DNA from: an uncultured delta proteobacterium
Lineage (GTDB): Bacteria; Desulfobacterota; Zymogenia; Zymogenales; Zymogenaceae
Direction: 5' to 3'
NCBI GenBank assembly: GCA_963792965.1
Contig: CAWBYW010000009.1
Span: 96,001 to 160,000, forward strand
Length of the DNA: 64,000 bases
Shown one piece after another: positions 52,167 through 62,571 of this stretch. The first letter of the stretch is position 1. Every line of letters starts with the position of its first letter. Below the pieces are notes generated by a model. That model saw only the letters and a program-made list of their open reading frames with translations. It had not been told where the DNA came from and ran no database searches. The translations under genes and the position numbers were made by a program.

Positions 52167-52337
52167 ATGACATCCCTCTTTCTCTTCTCCTTCGCCGTCC
52201 GCTTCCTCAATAGCACCAACATCCTCGCCAAGCTGAAACAACTTCTGGGTCACTCCACCATCAGGAGTACCGAGCATTATTTGAAGTACACCGTCGAGGA
52301 TATTCGGGAGGAGTTTGCCGAGGCGTTTTGGTGGTGA
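52167..52337 (+). pseudogene. Tyrosine recombinase/integrase C-terminal remnant
   Basis: ...SFAVRFLNSTNILAKLKQLLGHSTIRSTEHY... box II motif; HxxR and the N-terminus are missing. Confidence 0.75.
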
Positions 52338-52423
52338 AAAGAGAACTTGAAACTTCCAGAGCCAATACGTTCAAATCCCCCTTACTATTTCTGCGGCATG
52401 TCAGCATATTTTAAATTGAGATA

Positions 52424-53587
52424 TCAGGCCTTCTTTTTCCCTCCTCCGATAAACTCATACTTGATCGCGTCCACCGGACAGACGTTGAGGCAACGCGCAC
52501 AACTGAAGCAGTCGGCGGGGAGCTTCTTTCTCTCAACCCTACCCTGAGCAGCCTCGCTCGGGCAGGCCCGGATGCAGTTACCGCACTCGGTGCAGATGTC
52601 ATGATCTACCCTGACGCGGTAGAGGCTGACTCGCTCCGCGATCCAGGATAAGAATCCAAACGGGCAGATAAACTGACAGAACGGGCGGTATATGACCAGG
52701 CCCAAAAGGAGAACAACGACAACGGTGATCAGGATTGATAATCCCTCAAACTCATAGTTAAAGAGGTTGAAAGGATTCAGCCAGTGATAGATGACGAATC
52801 CCCTATTGCCCCCGATGATGCCGAAGAGCACGAAGAGTGTTAGGATGAAGAGCCCTCCCCTGACCGAGTTGGAAACCCAGAAAGGTATTTTATACCGCTT
52901 GGCTCTTTTCAGCCAGGGGATGCTGTAGATGAGCTCTGTCAGACCGCCGAAGGGGCATGCCCAGCCGCAGACCAGCTTGTTGCCAACGATGGCAAGCCCG
53001 ATGAAAAAGAAAAAAGCCGCAGTGCTCGCCAGAGTGTCCGGATACAGCCCCACCATCGTCTTCAAGAACTGTACTACTCCCTGCATCGGATTTGGCGATT
53101 TTCCCAGAACGAATCCTAGGACAATCGTGGCCAGAAAGACGGGAACGAGATATCCCAGCCGGGGATACCATATCTTTCTCCGCTCGATCCCGGCCTTCTC
53201 TGGCCGTCCGATCTTGACGAGAAATAGCCAGCCCCATAAGACAATCGCCCCATAGAGATAGTACTTCAGCGTGGACTTCGCGTGGCCCATGAGATGTTTT
53301 CCGGCACCACGAAGTCTCACCTCCGTAACACCGAGTTGCCACATCGGCACGTTCTTGGGGGCGCCCAGCGCCAGTCCCAATTCCTTTGCCATGGCGCTCC
53401 CGGTGACTCCAAAGGCGGGCACTGTCTCTTTCAGGGTCATGTCGAGGGTCACTCGGCCGTCTCCCCGATTGGGAACGGCAGTCCCAAAGAAGAGCCCGAG
53501 GAGGATCAGGATAATGATCGAGACAAGACCGACCACGGCCCATACCCGTTGTCTCCGAGACAGGGATGACAGAAATTCACGATACAT
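52424..53587 (-). CDS. Membrane 4Fe-4S protein (NapH/MauN-like)
   Basis: Several TMs, CGWACPFG, FCQFICPFG, two CxxCxxCxxxCP. Confidence 0.85.
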   Translation of the reverse strand: MYREFLSSLSRRQRVWAVVGLVSIIILILLGLFFGTAVPNRGDGRVTLDMTLKETVPAFGVTGSAMAKELGLALGAPKNVPMWQLGVTEVRLRGAGKHLMGHAKSTLKYYLYGAIVLWGWLFLVKIGRPEKAGIERRKIWYPRLGYLVPVFLATIVLGFVLGKSPNPMQGVVQFLKTMVGLYPDTLASTAAFFFFIGLAIVGNKLVCGWACPFGGLTELIYSIPWLKRAKRYKIPFWVSNSVRGGLFILTLFVLFGIIGGNRGFVIYHWLNPFNLFNYEFEGLSILITVVVVLLLGLVIYRPFCQFICPFGFLSWIAERVSLYRVRVDHDICTECGNCIRACPSEAAQGRVERKKLPADCFSCARCLNVCPVDAIKYEFIGGGKKKA

Positions 53588-53768
53588 CTCTATTTTCTCT
53601 TATAACATATTTAAGATATAGCTCAGTGGATCAATTGGAGCACCGTTAGCTCTAACTCTATAATGGGGATGGGGTCCAATACATCTCCCGGTGCATCCGA
53701 CTGTTCCGATCTTGCCCCATTCTCGACCCTACCGCACTCGCGAACCGGCATGGTATTCTCTATTGTTC

Positions 53769-55082
53769 TCAATGATCTGATGGGGGGAATTCCTTTTCAG
53801 CAATTTTTTCATCCGATGTGTGCGTAGGGTGAGTGAGTCTTATAAATGATCCTGACATATAATTCCTCAGCATCTCACCGGCGGTTTGACCGTTTGCCTG
53901 GTATACCGTGATCATAAGATCCCGTGCCGTATGAAAGCTGATCTCCCCGATTTCCCGTACGAGAAGAGCGTCAATCCCCATACCTGCCGATTCTTGCGCT
54001 GCGGCAAGACCCGCCCGCACATCCTTTTTTAAAGCCGCGTTATTGTGTACGAAGGAGCTTTCTGTCTTTCTATCAAAGAGGTTTATGATGAGAAAAAAAG
54101 GTGCCCTTCCGAAATGGATGGATGCCTTTGATTCCAGTCCCTTGTTCTCGGATACGGGGATGAGCACCCGTTGTTTTCTTCCCCGATAAGGGTCAATGTG
54201 AATCATGAAATCAATTATCTTCGGAAATTTTTCTCTTATCTTTTCTGCTATCCCTTCACCAATTTCATGACCCTTTTCAATGGGGAGGGACCGTTCGATG
54301 CCGATTTCCGCCTCGCCGAGGAAAAACATCCCCGATCTTCGGACTCGCACCGATAACACCCCTTTGACACCGGGTACCCGCATGATCTCATCAGTAATCG
54401 AGGCAACCGTCGCTTCATCCAATCCGATATCTAACAGAGACAGTATTGACGACCATCCGATTCTCGCGCCCATCACGAGGATGAAGATAGACACGGCTAT
54501 TGTCGCACTACCCTCGACGTATGGAATCCCAAGATATGAGGAGACAAGGGCACACAAGACAATCAACGACGTGAGCACGTCGATAAGGTATTCGGTCGCG
54601 TTTGCCGTCAGGCTCTGGGAGTTGATCTGCCTGCCGACCTTTCGCGTCAAAACCGAAAGGATCAGTGAAACAACCCCCGCCCCAATCGCGGTGCCGAAGG
54701 CCAAAAACGGAAGGGAAAGGGGATGGGGGTGAAAGAGTGAACGCCATCCTTCGAAGATCAACCTTGTCCCGGTAGCCAGGATGATCATCGATACAGCCAG
54801 CGCCGTAAGGTTTTCGGCCTTATAGAGACCGAAGGGAAACCGCTCATCTGGCTTTCGTAAAGAGAGCCTCATCCCAAGCCAGGAGGCAGCGGCGGCCAGG
54901 AAATCGGCAAGAGAATGGACGGCCTCCGCCAGAAGGATCGATGACGAAGATAGATACGCGACTACCCCTTTTGCCAGTCCGAGAATAAGCGTGACCCACG
55001 CGGCGTTCTTCGCCGTCCGCTTTCCTCTTTCAACGCTTTCTGTGCGCCGATTTGTGCTCAGGCCGTTACTTTTTTGATCCAC
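53769..55082 (-). CDS. Cation diffusion facilitator transporter fused to a NifB/NifX-type domain
   Basis: AEAVHSLAD, PDERFPFG, IHIDP; C-terminal SIHFGRAPFF domain; start approximate. Confidence 0.85.
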   Translation of the reverse strand: MDQKSNGLSTNRRTESVERGKRTAKNAAWVTLILGLAKGVVAYLSSSSILLAEAVHSLADFLAAAASWLGMRLSLRKPDERFPFGLYKAENLTALAVSMIILATGTRLIFEGWRSLFHPHPLSLPFLAFGTAIGAGVVSLILSVLTRKVGRQINSQSLTANATEYLIDVLTSLIVLCALVSSYLGIPYVEGSATIAVSIFILVMGARIGWSSILSLLDIGLDEATVASITDEIMRVPGVKGVLSVRVRRSGMFFLGEAEIGIERSLPIEKGHEIGEGIAEKIREKFPKIIDFMIHIDPYRGRKQRVLIPVSENKGLESKASIHFGRAPFFLIINLFDRKTESSFVHNNAALKKDVRAGLAAAQESAGMGIDALLVREIGEISFHTARDLMITVYQANGQTAGEMLRNYMSGSFIRLTHPTHTSDEKIAEKEFPPSDH

Positions 55083-55314
55083 AGCACATTCCCGGCGTGC
55101 AGTCCCCGCGCGGCTCATCCGATCCGCAACAGCGGCCGGACGAAGCCCCGGTATCTTTCCGGCTCCCCATCGAAAAATTTGTCGACGACAGAAGCCGCTC
55201 GAAGCCCTTTCCCCCGCACTTTTTACACACGAGGGGGTCGCTCTTTTCTCCCATTCCGGTCAGGAACTCGCCGACCTGGCCGCACGCAAGACATCGATAC
55301 TCATGGATAGGCAT
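55066..55314 (-). CDS. FmdB-family zinc ribbon protein
   Basis: MPIHEYRCLACG...CKKCG...RLLS, Cys-rich tail. Confidence 0.85.
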   Translation of the reverse strand: MPIHEYRCLACGQVGEFLTGMGEKSDPLVCKKCGGKGFERLLSSTNFSMGSRKDTGASSGRCCGSDEPRGDCTPGMCCGSKK

Positions 55315-55318
55315 TGCT

Positions 55319-56212
55319 TTATTCTCCTTGTTTCACATGACCGTTCAAACGTTTCTCTATTTCCCCGTATAGTGCGATGATTTCTTTTTTTACTTCCTCC
55401 GGCCCCCATTCGATGAGGCTTTTTCTCTTTCTCACCGCATCGATCACCCCCTCGTGATAGGGAATCTTCCCAACGACCGGGGCTCCCGCGCCTTCCGCCT
55501 CACGCGCGATCTTCTCAGACATATCCGTGTTTATATCAAACTTGTTGATAACAACCAGCGTAGGAACTTCAAAGTGGGCCGTCAAAGCGAGAATCCTATT
55601 CAGGTCGTGGGCACCGCTGACGGTCGGCTCCGTCACCGCCACGGCAAGGCTCGTCCCGGTGACGGAGGCGATAACCGGACACCCGATCCCCGGGGGGCCA
55701 TCGATGAGTATGGAGGAAAGGCCCCTTTCCTGTGCGATCTTCGCCGCGGCCTTCCTAACTTCACTGACAAGCCTTCCCGAGTTGTCCTCGGCGATGCCGA
55801 GCCGCGCGTAAACCATCGGCCCTACGTTCGTCTCAGATATATACAGTTCGCCCGATTTATGGGGAGTCATTGTGACGGCCAGCGGACCACATACCTGAAG
55901 ACAGGCCCCGCATCCCTCACAGTATTCCTCCCGAACATGTGGGTAACCCTCCGCATCAAAGACAAAAGCGTCAAACCGGCAGGTGTCCACGCACCGTCGG
56001 CACCGGGTGCATTTCTTCCCGTCGACGACCGCCCGCTCGCTTCCAAAAAAGTCCCGTGTCTCCCGTACCTCCGGTGAAAGGAGAAGGTGCAGATTAGCCG
56101 CGTCCACGTCTGTATCGCAGATGACCTTGTTTTCGAGAAGATGGGAGAGGGCGGCGCAAACCGTTGTCTTGCCGGTACCACCTTTTCCGCTGATTATCAC
56201 AATCTGTTCCAT
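55319..56212 (-). CDS. MinD/ParA-like ATPase with 4Fe-4S ferredoxin insert (Orp-type)
   Basis: SGKGGTGKTT, DTDVDAANL, two ferredoxin motifs, DGPPGIGCPV. Confidence 0.9.
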   Translation of the reverse strand: MEQIVIISGKGGTGKTTVCAALSHLLENKVICDTDVDAANLHLLLSPEVRETRDFFGSERAVVDGKKCTRCRRCVDTCRFDAFVFDAEGYPHVREEYCEGCGACLQVCGPLAVTMTPHKSGELYISETNVGPMVYARLGIAEDNSGRLVSEVRKAAAKIAQERGLSSILIDGPPGIGCPVIASVTGTSLAVAVTEPTVSGAHDLNRILALTAHFEVPTLVVINKFDINTDMSEKIAREAEGAGAPVVGKIPYHEGVIDAVRKRKSLIEWGPEEVKKEIIALYGEIEKRLNGHVKQGE

Positions 56213-56254
56213 TTTGTAATCACGTACCGTTCTGGGTGTGTCTACTTATTGTAT

Positions 56255-57961
56255 CTATTTCCTTTTTTCATACGGCCACAGCACGATCCCGCCATCGAGA
56301 AATTTCACGTCCTTGAAGCCGAGCCCTTCAAGGGTCTTGGCCGCCTCATAGCCTCTGAGGCTGATCTTACAGAAGGCGATGATCTCTTTATCCTTCGGGA
56401 GTGTATGGGCCTCCGTGCGAAGCTTGCCGAGGGGTATATGTACTACCTTGTCCGAGGGGAGCCGCCCCTGCTCGTCGAGCTCGGCGGGCATACGGACATC
56501 CAGAAATACGCAGTCCGTGCCCCGTTTGATTTTGTCCATCGCCTCCATCGGTGTAACGCTCTTGGCGGTCCCGTCCAGTTTGTTCCTCATGATGTTCGCG
56601 GCGGTAATGATATTATCCATCGCCGACGAATACGGAGGCGCATAGGCGAGATCGAGGTTAGCCACCTGGTCTACCGTAGCCCCAAAGCCGAGGGCCGTGG
56701 CCGCCACGTCGATACGTTTGTCAGCACCTCCGGGTCCGATGATCTGGGCGCCAAGGAGCTTGCGACTCTTTGTGTCGGCCACGAGCTTTATGGCGATGGT
56801 CTTGGCCCCCGGATAGAAATGTGCCTTGTCGGGCGAGGGGGAAAGGACAGTCTGAACATCAAAGCCCGCCTTCTTCGCCGCCGTCTCCGAGAGCCCTGTT
56901 GCGGCAGCAGTATAGTCAAAGACCTTAACGATGGCTGTCCCACAGACACCCCTAAATAGTTCGTTTCCCCCGGCCACATTTGTCCCGATTACACGCCCGT
57001 GCTTGTTAGCCGTCGAGCCCATGGGGATGTTGACGCGCTTTCCGTGCACAAGGCCAATCTGCTCCACACAGTCACCCCCGGCGTAGATATCGGGGTCCGA
57101 AGTCCGCATCTGTTCATCGATGAGGATACCGCCCAGATGCCCTATCTCAAGGCCGCTGTCTTTTGAGAGTTTTACGTTGGGTTTTATACCGACGGCAACG
57201 AGCACGAAATCGGCCGTGATCTCACCCTTGTCGGTAGCGACGCTTGCCACGTTGCCCTGACCGTCTCCGGTGATTTTTACGACCTTAGTATCGGTCATGA
57301 CAGCAACGCCTTTTTCTACCAGGTGTTTCGTCAGATACGCGCTCATCTCGCCGTCGAACAAACCCGGCAGGATTCGATCCATCATCTCGACGATGGTGAC
57401 CGAAAGACCTTTCTTGACGAGGGACTCGGTGACCTCCAGACCGATGAGGCCCCCGCCGATAACCACGGCCCTTTTCAGTCCCCCGCCGGCTATAGCCTGG
57501 TCTATCTTCAGCGCGTCTTCGACACACGCCTGGGAGCAGAGGGTAAAGATATTATTAGCCGAATCGCGCCCGGGGATATCCGGCAGGAACGGGGCACCGC
57601 CTGTGGCAAGCACCAGCTTATCATAGGGGATTTCGGAGTGCGATCCGTCGGCGGTTTTAACTACGTTCACGATCTTTTTCTTCCTGTCGATGGATTCGGC
57701 CAGGGTTCTGTTGAGGACAGCAATATCCTTGACGTTCTTGAAGAAAACTGTGTCTCTAACCACCCCCACCGGCGTCTCCATGAGTTGTTTCACGTCCTTA
57801 ACGTCACCCGAGAGAAAATAGGGAAGGCCGCACCCCGCATAGGAAAGGAGCTCACCCTTCTCAATAATGGTGATCTCGGCCTCTGGGTCGAGCCGTCTGG
57901 CCCGCGCGGCGGCCTTCGGCCCGCACGCAACACCACCGATGATGACAATCTTTTTTCCCAT
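56255..57961 (-). CDS. CoA-disulfide reductase-like FAD oxidoreductase with rhodanese domain
   Basis: IIGGVACG, SYAGCGLPY, LAYAPPYS, rhodanese FCKISLRG. Confidence 0.9.
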   Translation of the reverse strand: MGKKIVIIGGVACGPKAAARARRLDPEAEITIIEKGELLSYAGCGLPYFLSGDVKDVKQLMETPVGVVRDTVFFKNVKDIAVLNRTLAESIDRKKKIVNVVKTADGSHSEIPYDKLVLATGGAPFLPDIPGRDSANNIFTLCSQACVEDALKIDQAIAGGGLKRAVVIGGGLIGLEVTESLVKKGLSVTIVEMMDRILPGLFDGEMSAYLTKHLVEKGVAVMTDTKVVKITGDGQGNVASVATDKGEITADFVLVAVGIKPNVKLSKDSGLEIGHLGGILIDEQMRTSDPDIYAGGDCVEQIGLVHGKRVNIPMGSTANKHGRVIGTNVAGGNELFRGVCGTAIVKVFDYTAAATGLSETAAKKAGFDVQTVLSPSPDKAHFYPGAKTIAIKLVADTKSRKLLGAQIIGPGGADKRIDVAATALGFGATVDQVANLDLAYAPPYSSAMDNIITAANIMRNKLDGTAKSVTPMEAMDKIKRGTDCVFLDVRMPAELDEQGRLPSDKVVHIPLGKLRTEAHTLPKDKEIIAFCKISLRGYEAAKTLEGLGFKDVKFLDGGIVLWPYEKRK

Positions 57962-57963
57962 GT

Positions 57964-58845
57964 CTATTCTCCTCTTTGATTGTTTATCGTCTTAAAAATC
58001 CGCTCAAACAATGCCTTCATGACCTCATCTTTCATGACCACGATTTCCCCTCGGGATATCATCTCGGCAACCTCCCTTTTCAGAGGGATCTCGCCGGTAA
58101 TGGTCAGGCTCTCAGCCGAGAGATAGCTCATGAGTTGTTCATCGACCCCCTGGGCGCGGTTGATGATGATGCCCAGGGGAAGCCCGAGGCTTCTCGTCAT
58201 GCTGACGGCAAGCTTCAGGTCCGAGAGACCGAACGGGGTCGGCTCGGTCACCAACACCACAAAGTCGCAGTCCTTCACCGCCTCGATGACAGGACACGAC
58301 GTCCCCGGCGACGCGTCGAGAATCGATATCCCCTTGGTGGAGGTTTTCTCTTTTACCGATCTCACCAGCGGGGTGGCCATGTGCTCGCCCACGTTGAGCA
58401 CGCCCGCGCGGTAGTCGATTTTGCGATCGAAAAACCCATTTTTACCGACGACTGCCGAGCCTGTTTCGATTACTCCAATCTCCCGGATAGACTCCTTCAC
58501 CGCCCCGTAGGGGCAGACGATCATGCAGGCGCCGCACCCGTGGCAGAGCTCGGGGAAGACGAGCACGTTTTTCTTGGTAACCAAGAGGGCATTGAAGCGG
58601 CACGCCTCGGCGCACCTGCCGCAGAGATCACACCGCGCCTCGTCAATGACCGGAACCATCACGACGGCCGATTCTTTTTTCTTAATCCGGGGTTTCAAGA
58701 AAAGGTGGCCGTCCGGCTCCTCCACGTCGCAATCGACATACTGCACATTGTTGAAAAATTCTCTTGCTACCACGGCGAGGTTAACCGCGACCGTGGTCTT
58801 TCCGGTCCCGCCTTTGCCGCTCGCCACCGCAATTCTCATAATCAT
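57964..58845 (-). CDS. MinD/ParA-like ATPase with 4Fe-4S ferredoxin insert (Orp-type)
   Basis: ASGKGGTGKTT, DCDVEEP, CDLCGRC, CHGCGAC, PGTSCPV, TEPTPFG. Confidence 0.9.
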   Translation of the reverse strand: MIMRIAVASGKGGTGKTTVAVNLAVVAREFFNNVQYVDCDVEEPDGHLFLKPRIKKKESAVVMVPVIDEARCDLCGRCAEACRFNALLVTKKNVLVFPELCHGCGACMIVCPYGAVKESIREIGVIETGSAVVGKNGFFDRKIDYRAGVLNVGEHMATPLVRSVKEKTSTKGISILDASPGTSCPVIEAVKDCDFVVLVTEPTPFGLSDLKLAVSMTRSLGLPLGIIINRAQGVDEQLMSYLSAESLTITGEIPLKREVAEMISRGEIVVMKDEVMKALFERIFKTINNQRGE

Positions 58846-59387
58846 TTTTCTCCACTTTTCTTAAGGCTTTTGCTCCGATACCCTCGCCGACCCCTCCTCT
58901 CGCTTTCCTGCGGATCAAGCCGTTCGGTCCATCCCCCCCGCGCTTCCTGAGGGATGTCGCATCCAGGGAGAAAGGGTTTTATATCCAGTAGGGGGGTCCC
59001 GTCCAGTATATCGACATCTTCGAGATAGAGTGTATTCCTCTCGCACCGGATGAGCCGGACAATGCTCAGGCCGATACCGTTGGGACGGCACGGATGTCGA
59101 GTCGCAAATAGACCCCGGGGGATGTCGTCCAGAAAGGGTTTGACCACGAGCGAGAAAGGCCCTGACTTGTGAAAGTAGTACAGGAGAAGCAGGTGTGAGA
59201 AACCCTCGATATCCTTGAGCCCCTCCGCGTATTCCGGGGCAAGCACAGCCGTGCCCGGGCATCCTCCGGCAAAAGCGGGTTGAATGGGCGTCTCCTCCGA
59301 CCGTATGTGTTCACTGTGAATGACCCCGATGGGAGTGAACACGATCTTCTTGCTGCGCATCCCGGTATCGCCCTGGACAGTGATCAT
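58842..59387 (-). CDS. tsaA: tRNA methyltransferase TrmO/TsaA family
   Basis: PIGVIHS, GLFATRHPCRPNGIGLS, DILDGTPLLDIKP; RBS GGAGG. Confidence 0.88.
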   Translation of the reverse strand: MITVQGDTGMRSKKIVFTPIGVIHSEHIRSEETPIQPAFAGGCPGTAVLAPEYAEGLKDIEGFSHLLLLYYFHKSGPFSLVVKPFLDDIPRGLFATRHPCRPNGIGLSIVRLIRCERNTLYLEDVDILDGTPLLDIKPFLPGCDIPQEARGGWTERLDPQESERRGRRGYRSKSLKKSGEK

Positions 59388-59441
59388 TGCCTCCCTTTCT
59401 TTCTTATTTCTATGGTCTTCTGTCGACAATAAGAAACCCTC

Positions 59442-59816
59442 TCAAATCCGCTTCAATCCCGCGTGAGCCGCAGCAGTGGCGGATTCCAGCAGTCGGGCCT
59501 TATTTGCCCGGAATAAGTCGAGCGCCTCCTGAACAGTGGACGCAGAAACCCCATAGAGTTTCACCTCCCCCGCCGACAGCGCATCAAAGGCCTTTGGGCC
59601 GAAGTTCCCCGACACGACCGCCTCGGCCCCGGCGTTGATAACCGTCTGGGCCGCCCTGATCCCCGCCCCGCCGCCGGCATCGACCGCGTCATTTTTTATC
59701 GCTTTGAAACTACCGGGGTTATCGGCATCCACGACAATAAAGTACGCGCATCTGCCGAACCGCTCATCCATCTCGGAGGAAAGCAAGTTCCCCTTTGCCG
59801 TAATCGCAATCTTCAT
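59442..59816 (-). CDS. NifB/NifX (MTH1175-like, Orange-protein family) protein
   Basis: MKIAIT, RFGRCAYF, GAGIRAAQ, GNFGPKAF. Confidence 0.9.
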   Translation of the reverse strand: MKIAITAKGNLLSSEMDERFGRCAYFIVVDADNPGSFKAIKNDAVDAGGGAGIRAAQTVINAGAEAVVSGNFGPKAFDALSAGEVKLYGVSASTVQEALDLFRANKARLLESATAAAHAGLKRI

Positions 59817-59826
59817 ATGTTCCCCC

Positions 59827-60063
59827 TCACTCCTTCATCATTGCCTTCCCGCAGCTGGGGCACGTCACCTGGTAGCAGGGCATGCCCCTCTGGTGGGCGA
59901 CTTTCGTCCCACACGCCGGGCAGACGCAGTTTCCGCCGGGACCGGAGCCGGGACGATTTCCCATACCTCTCCCGCGACCTCCACCGCCGCCTCCCCTCCC
60001 CATTCCACCGCCGGACCCGGAGCCTCCTCAGGATCCTCCCTGTCCTCTCCCACGCGCTATCAT
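59827..60063 (-). CDS. Small Gly-rich Cys-rich zinc-finger protein (in-frame TGA at codon 12; alternative start 60003)
   Basis: MIARGRGQGGS*GGSGSGGGMGRGGGGGGRGRGMGNRPGSGPGGNCVCPACGTKVAHQRGMPCYQVTCPSCGKAMMKE; RBS GGGAG before 60063. Confidence 0.75.
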
Positions 60064-60085
60064 CTGAGTCTCCCTTTTTATCTGT

Positions 60086-61039
60086 CTATGCCGAAAAGGT
60101 CATTTTCGTGCCGACCATATTCAGAAGAAACCGATCCGGCATGCGTCTTTCGATTTCTATTACTTCTTTCCTCCCCGTGCAGTGAGTCGGGATTATATAC
60201 GCCGGATCGGCATCGATTAGCCCCTCGATCGTCGGATTCACAACGGTGGGTGCATCCGCGCCGTTCAGATGAAAGCCTCCCATGACGGCATGGATCTTTG
60301 TTTGACCGGTCATCTCTCGTGCGTACCGGAGAGTATTGATAATCCCCGAATGGGCACACCCCGAGAGCACCACGAGACCCTTCCCCCTGAGGTTGAGGGC
60401 AATGGCAGAGTCGTCGATGATGTCATCCCAAAGCTCCTTGCCCTCCTTCTCATAACGGAAATCCTGCCCCACCTTTTCGAACGAGGTCTTACGAGGTACC
60501 TCTCCCAGAAAGAGAACCGCATCATCAAAAAGGGAATAGGGTTGGGTCGTCGCTGATAGAGAAAAGCCCGCGGCATCTACCCCCTCCTTGGTCAGAGGAG
60601 GAAAGAAGACCTTAAATTGCTCCGTGATCTTGAGGTAGCGAGGGTTTCTGAATGCCTCGGGATGGACGACGAGCGGTATCCCTTTTTTCCCGATTCTCTC
60701 CGCAAGTTCCTTCATACCACCCACGTGGTCAAGATGGCCGTGGGAGATGACGCACGCCTCGACCTTCGAAAGATCGACGCCGAGGGCGTCGGCGTTGAAG
60801 GCCGCCCCGTGGGCGGAAAAACCGAAATCGAACAGGATGCTTTTTGACTCACCATTACTGGTTATGGTAACGACAGAGGAAAATCCGTGTTCGGCCAGAA
60901 TCGAGTTCTTTACCTGCATGTCCTTGAGAGGCATCGCCCGGAGCACTACCTCGGTATTATCGCGAGAAACCAGGTCGACGTAGTTGTCCTGGAGGGTGAG
61001 AATCTCGACCTTGTCGACCTCTCTGAGGACTTTTTTCAT
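60086..61039 (-). CDS. MBL-fold metallo-hydrolase
   Basis: AEHGFS, SHGHLDHVGG, SGCAHSG, GGFHL, PTHCTG. Confidence 0.9.
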   Translation of the reverse strand: MKKVLREVDKVEILTLQDNYVDLVSRDNTEVVLRAMPLKDMQVKNSILAEHGFSSVVTITSNGESKSILFDFGFSAHGAAFNADALGVDLSKVEACVISHGHLDHVGGMKELAERIGKKGIPLVVHPEAFRNPRYLKITEQFKVFFPPLTKEGVDAAGFSLSATTQPYSLFDDAVLFLGEVPRKTSFEKVGQDFRYEKEGKELWDDIIDDSAIALNLRGKGLVVLSGCAHSGIINTLRYAREMTGQTKIHAVMGGFHLNGADAPTVVNPTIEGLIDADPAYIIPTHCTGRKEVIEIERRMPDRFLLNMVGTKMTFSA

Positions 61040-61107
61040 GATGTTCCTCCACACGTGAGTAGAAATAGAATCAATAATGAGCGGGGTGCTTTCCCCTCAT
61101 CCCATTA

Positions 61108-61485
61108 TCATCCTTCACACCCGTCATGGTGGTCGTGGGCGCACGGAGTGGTTCCCTTGATCCTCCCTTCAAGATAGGCGGTGAGGATATCCCCCACCCG
61201 ACCGGCATAACCTGTCACCACCTCGATCCCCATCTCATCGAAGAGGTCTATCGCCCGGGGTCCCATGCCCCCGGCGATGATGACGTTGGCGCCGGTGGAC
61301 TTGATGAACTCGGGCATGACGCCGGGCTGGTGATTACCGAAGTGGGGATTCGATACGGCCTTGACCGTCTTGACGGAATCGCCGTCAACGGACACAAGGG
61401 TGTAATAGGGACACCTGCCGAAATGGGCGGAGAGCTCCCCGTCAAGCATCTTCTCGGTCTCGGATGCAAGAGCGATATTCTTCAT
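61108..61485 (-). CDS. NifB/NifX family protein
   Basis: SAHFGRCPYY, GGMGPRA, His-rich tail CAHDHHDGC; RBS AAGGAG. Confidence 0.9.
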   Translation of the reverse strand: MKNIALASETEKMLDGELSAHFGRCPYYTLVSVDGDSVKTVKAVSNPHFGNHQPGVMPEFIKSTGANVIIAGGMGPRAIDLFDEMGIEVVTGYAGRVGDILTAYLEGRIKGTTPCAHDHHDGCEG

Positions 61486-61489
61486 TGTG

Positions 61490-62401
61490 TCAATCTCCTT
61501 TTTTTTCGGAAGTCTTTTTTTGTAATGGTTGTAGCTCCCGAAGAATGTTATCAACGATCGGAAGAAAAGATATTGCGGCTGTGGACCCTTTCGCGTCGAT
61601 TACGAACGGCCTTCCCTCGTCACCTCCGACAATGACCCCGGGATCCAGCGGAATCCTCCCCAGGAAGGGGACCTCCATTTCACTTGCCGCGCGCTCTCCG
61701 CCGCCCTTTTTGAAGAGATCGATCTCGTTGCCGCAGTGCGGACAGGTGAAACCGCTCATGTTCTCGACAATCCCGAGCACCGGGACCCCCAATTTCAGGG
61801 AAAAATTGACCGACTTGCGGCTGTCCAACAGCGCCACGTCCTGGGGGGTGGTGACGATGATGGAGCCGTCCGCATCGCCGATAAGTTGCGCCACGGAGAG
61901 CGGTTCGTCGCCCGTGCCGGGCGGCAGGTCCACGATCAGATAATCAAGGTCGCCCCAATTGACCTCCCCCAGGAATTGTCTGATGACCCCATGCTTCATC
62001 GCCCCCCTCCAAATTACCGGGGTGTCGGGGCTTTCCAACAGATACGCCATGGAAATCACCGTCAGGTTATCCATGACAGGAATTGGGGCAATCCCTTCGG
62101 GAGAACCGAGGAGCCTCCGATCCTCCACACCAAGCATTTTGGGAATGTTAGGTCCGTGAAGATCGGCGTCCAACAGGCCGGTTCGATATCCCTTTTGGGC
62201 CAGGGAGACCGCCAGATTGGCGGCGACCGTGGATTTGCCGACGCCGCCCTTGCCGCTCATTACCATGATTTTCTTAGCGATGCGCGAAAGGCGTGCTTTA
62301 AGGATCTCTTCGGTATGCCGTTCCTTTTCCTGAGATTCACATTGTTGCTCTGAACCACACGAGGAGCATGCGGCATCTTTGTCACATTCTTTTTGTTCCA
62401 A
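61490..62401 (-). CDS. Mrp/NBP35 Fe-S carrier ATPase
   Basis: [37 protein letters not shown]. Confidence 0.93.
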   Translation of the reverse strand: MEQKECDKDAACSSCGSEQQCESQEKERHTEEILKARLSRIAKKIMVMSGKGGVGKSTVAANLAVSLAQKGYRTGLLDADLHGPNIPKMLGVEDRRLLGSPEGIAPIPVMDNLTVISMAYLLESPDTPVIWRGAMKHGVIRQFLGEVNWGDLDYLIVDLPPGTGDEPLSVAQLIGDADGSIIVTTPQDVALLDSRKSVNFSLKLGVPVLGIVENMSGFTCPHCGNEIDLFKKGGGERAASEMEVPFLGRIPLDPGVIVGGDEGRPFVIDAKGSTAAISFLPIVDNILRELQPLQKKTSEKKGD

Positions 62402-62571
62402 ACTCTCACCTCATAATCGTATTTCAATAAAAGGAAAATGCCTGGTATAAATGAAATTGATGAACAGCATGCCGCTTCTATATTTACGCTGTTGACGAAA
62501 ATGAGTCTTTTTCAAACCTTCAACCCTTTGCGGGGAGTAGGGGGGATCGGTCCCCCGTACTCATGATGCAC

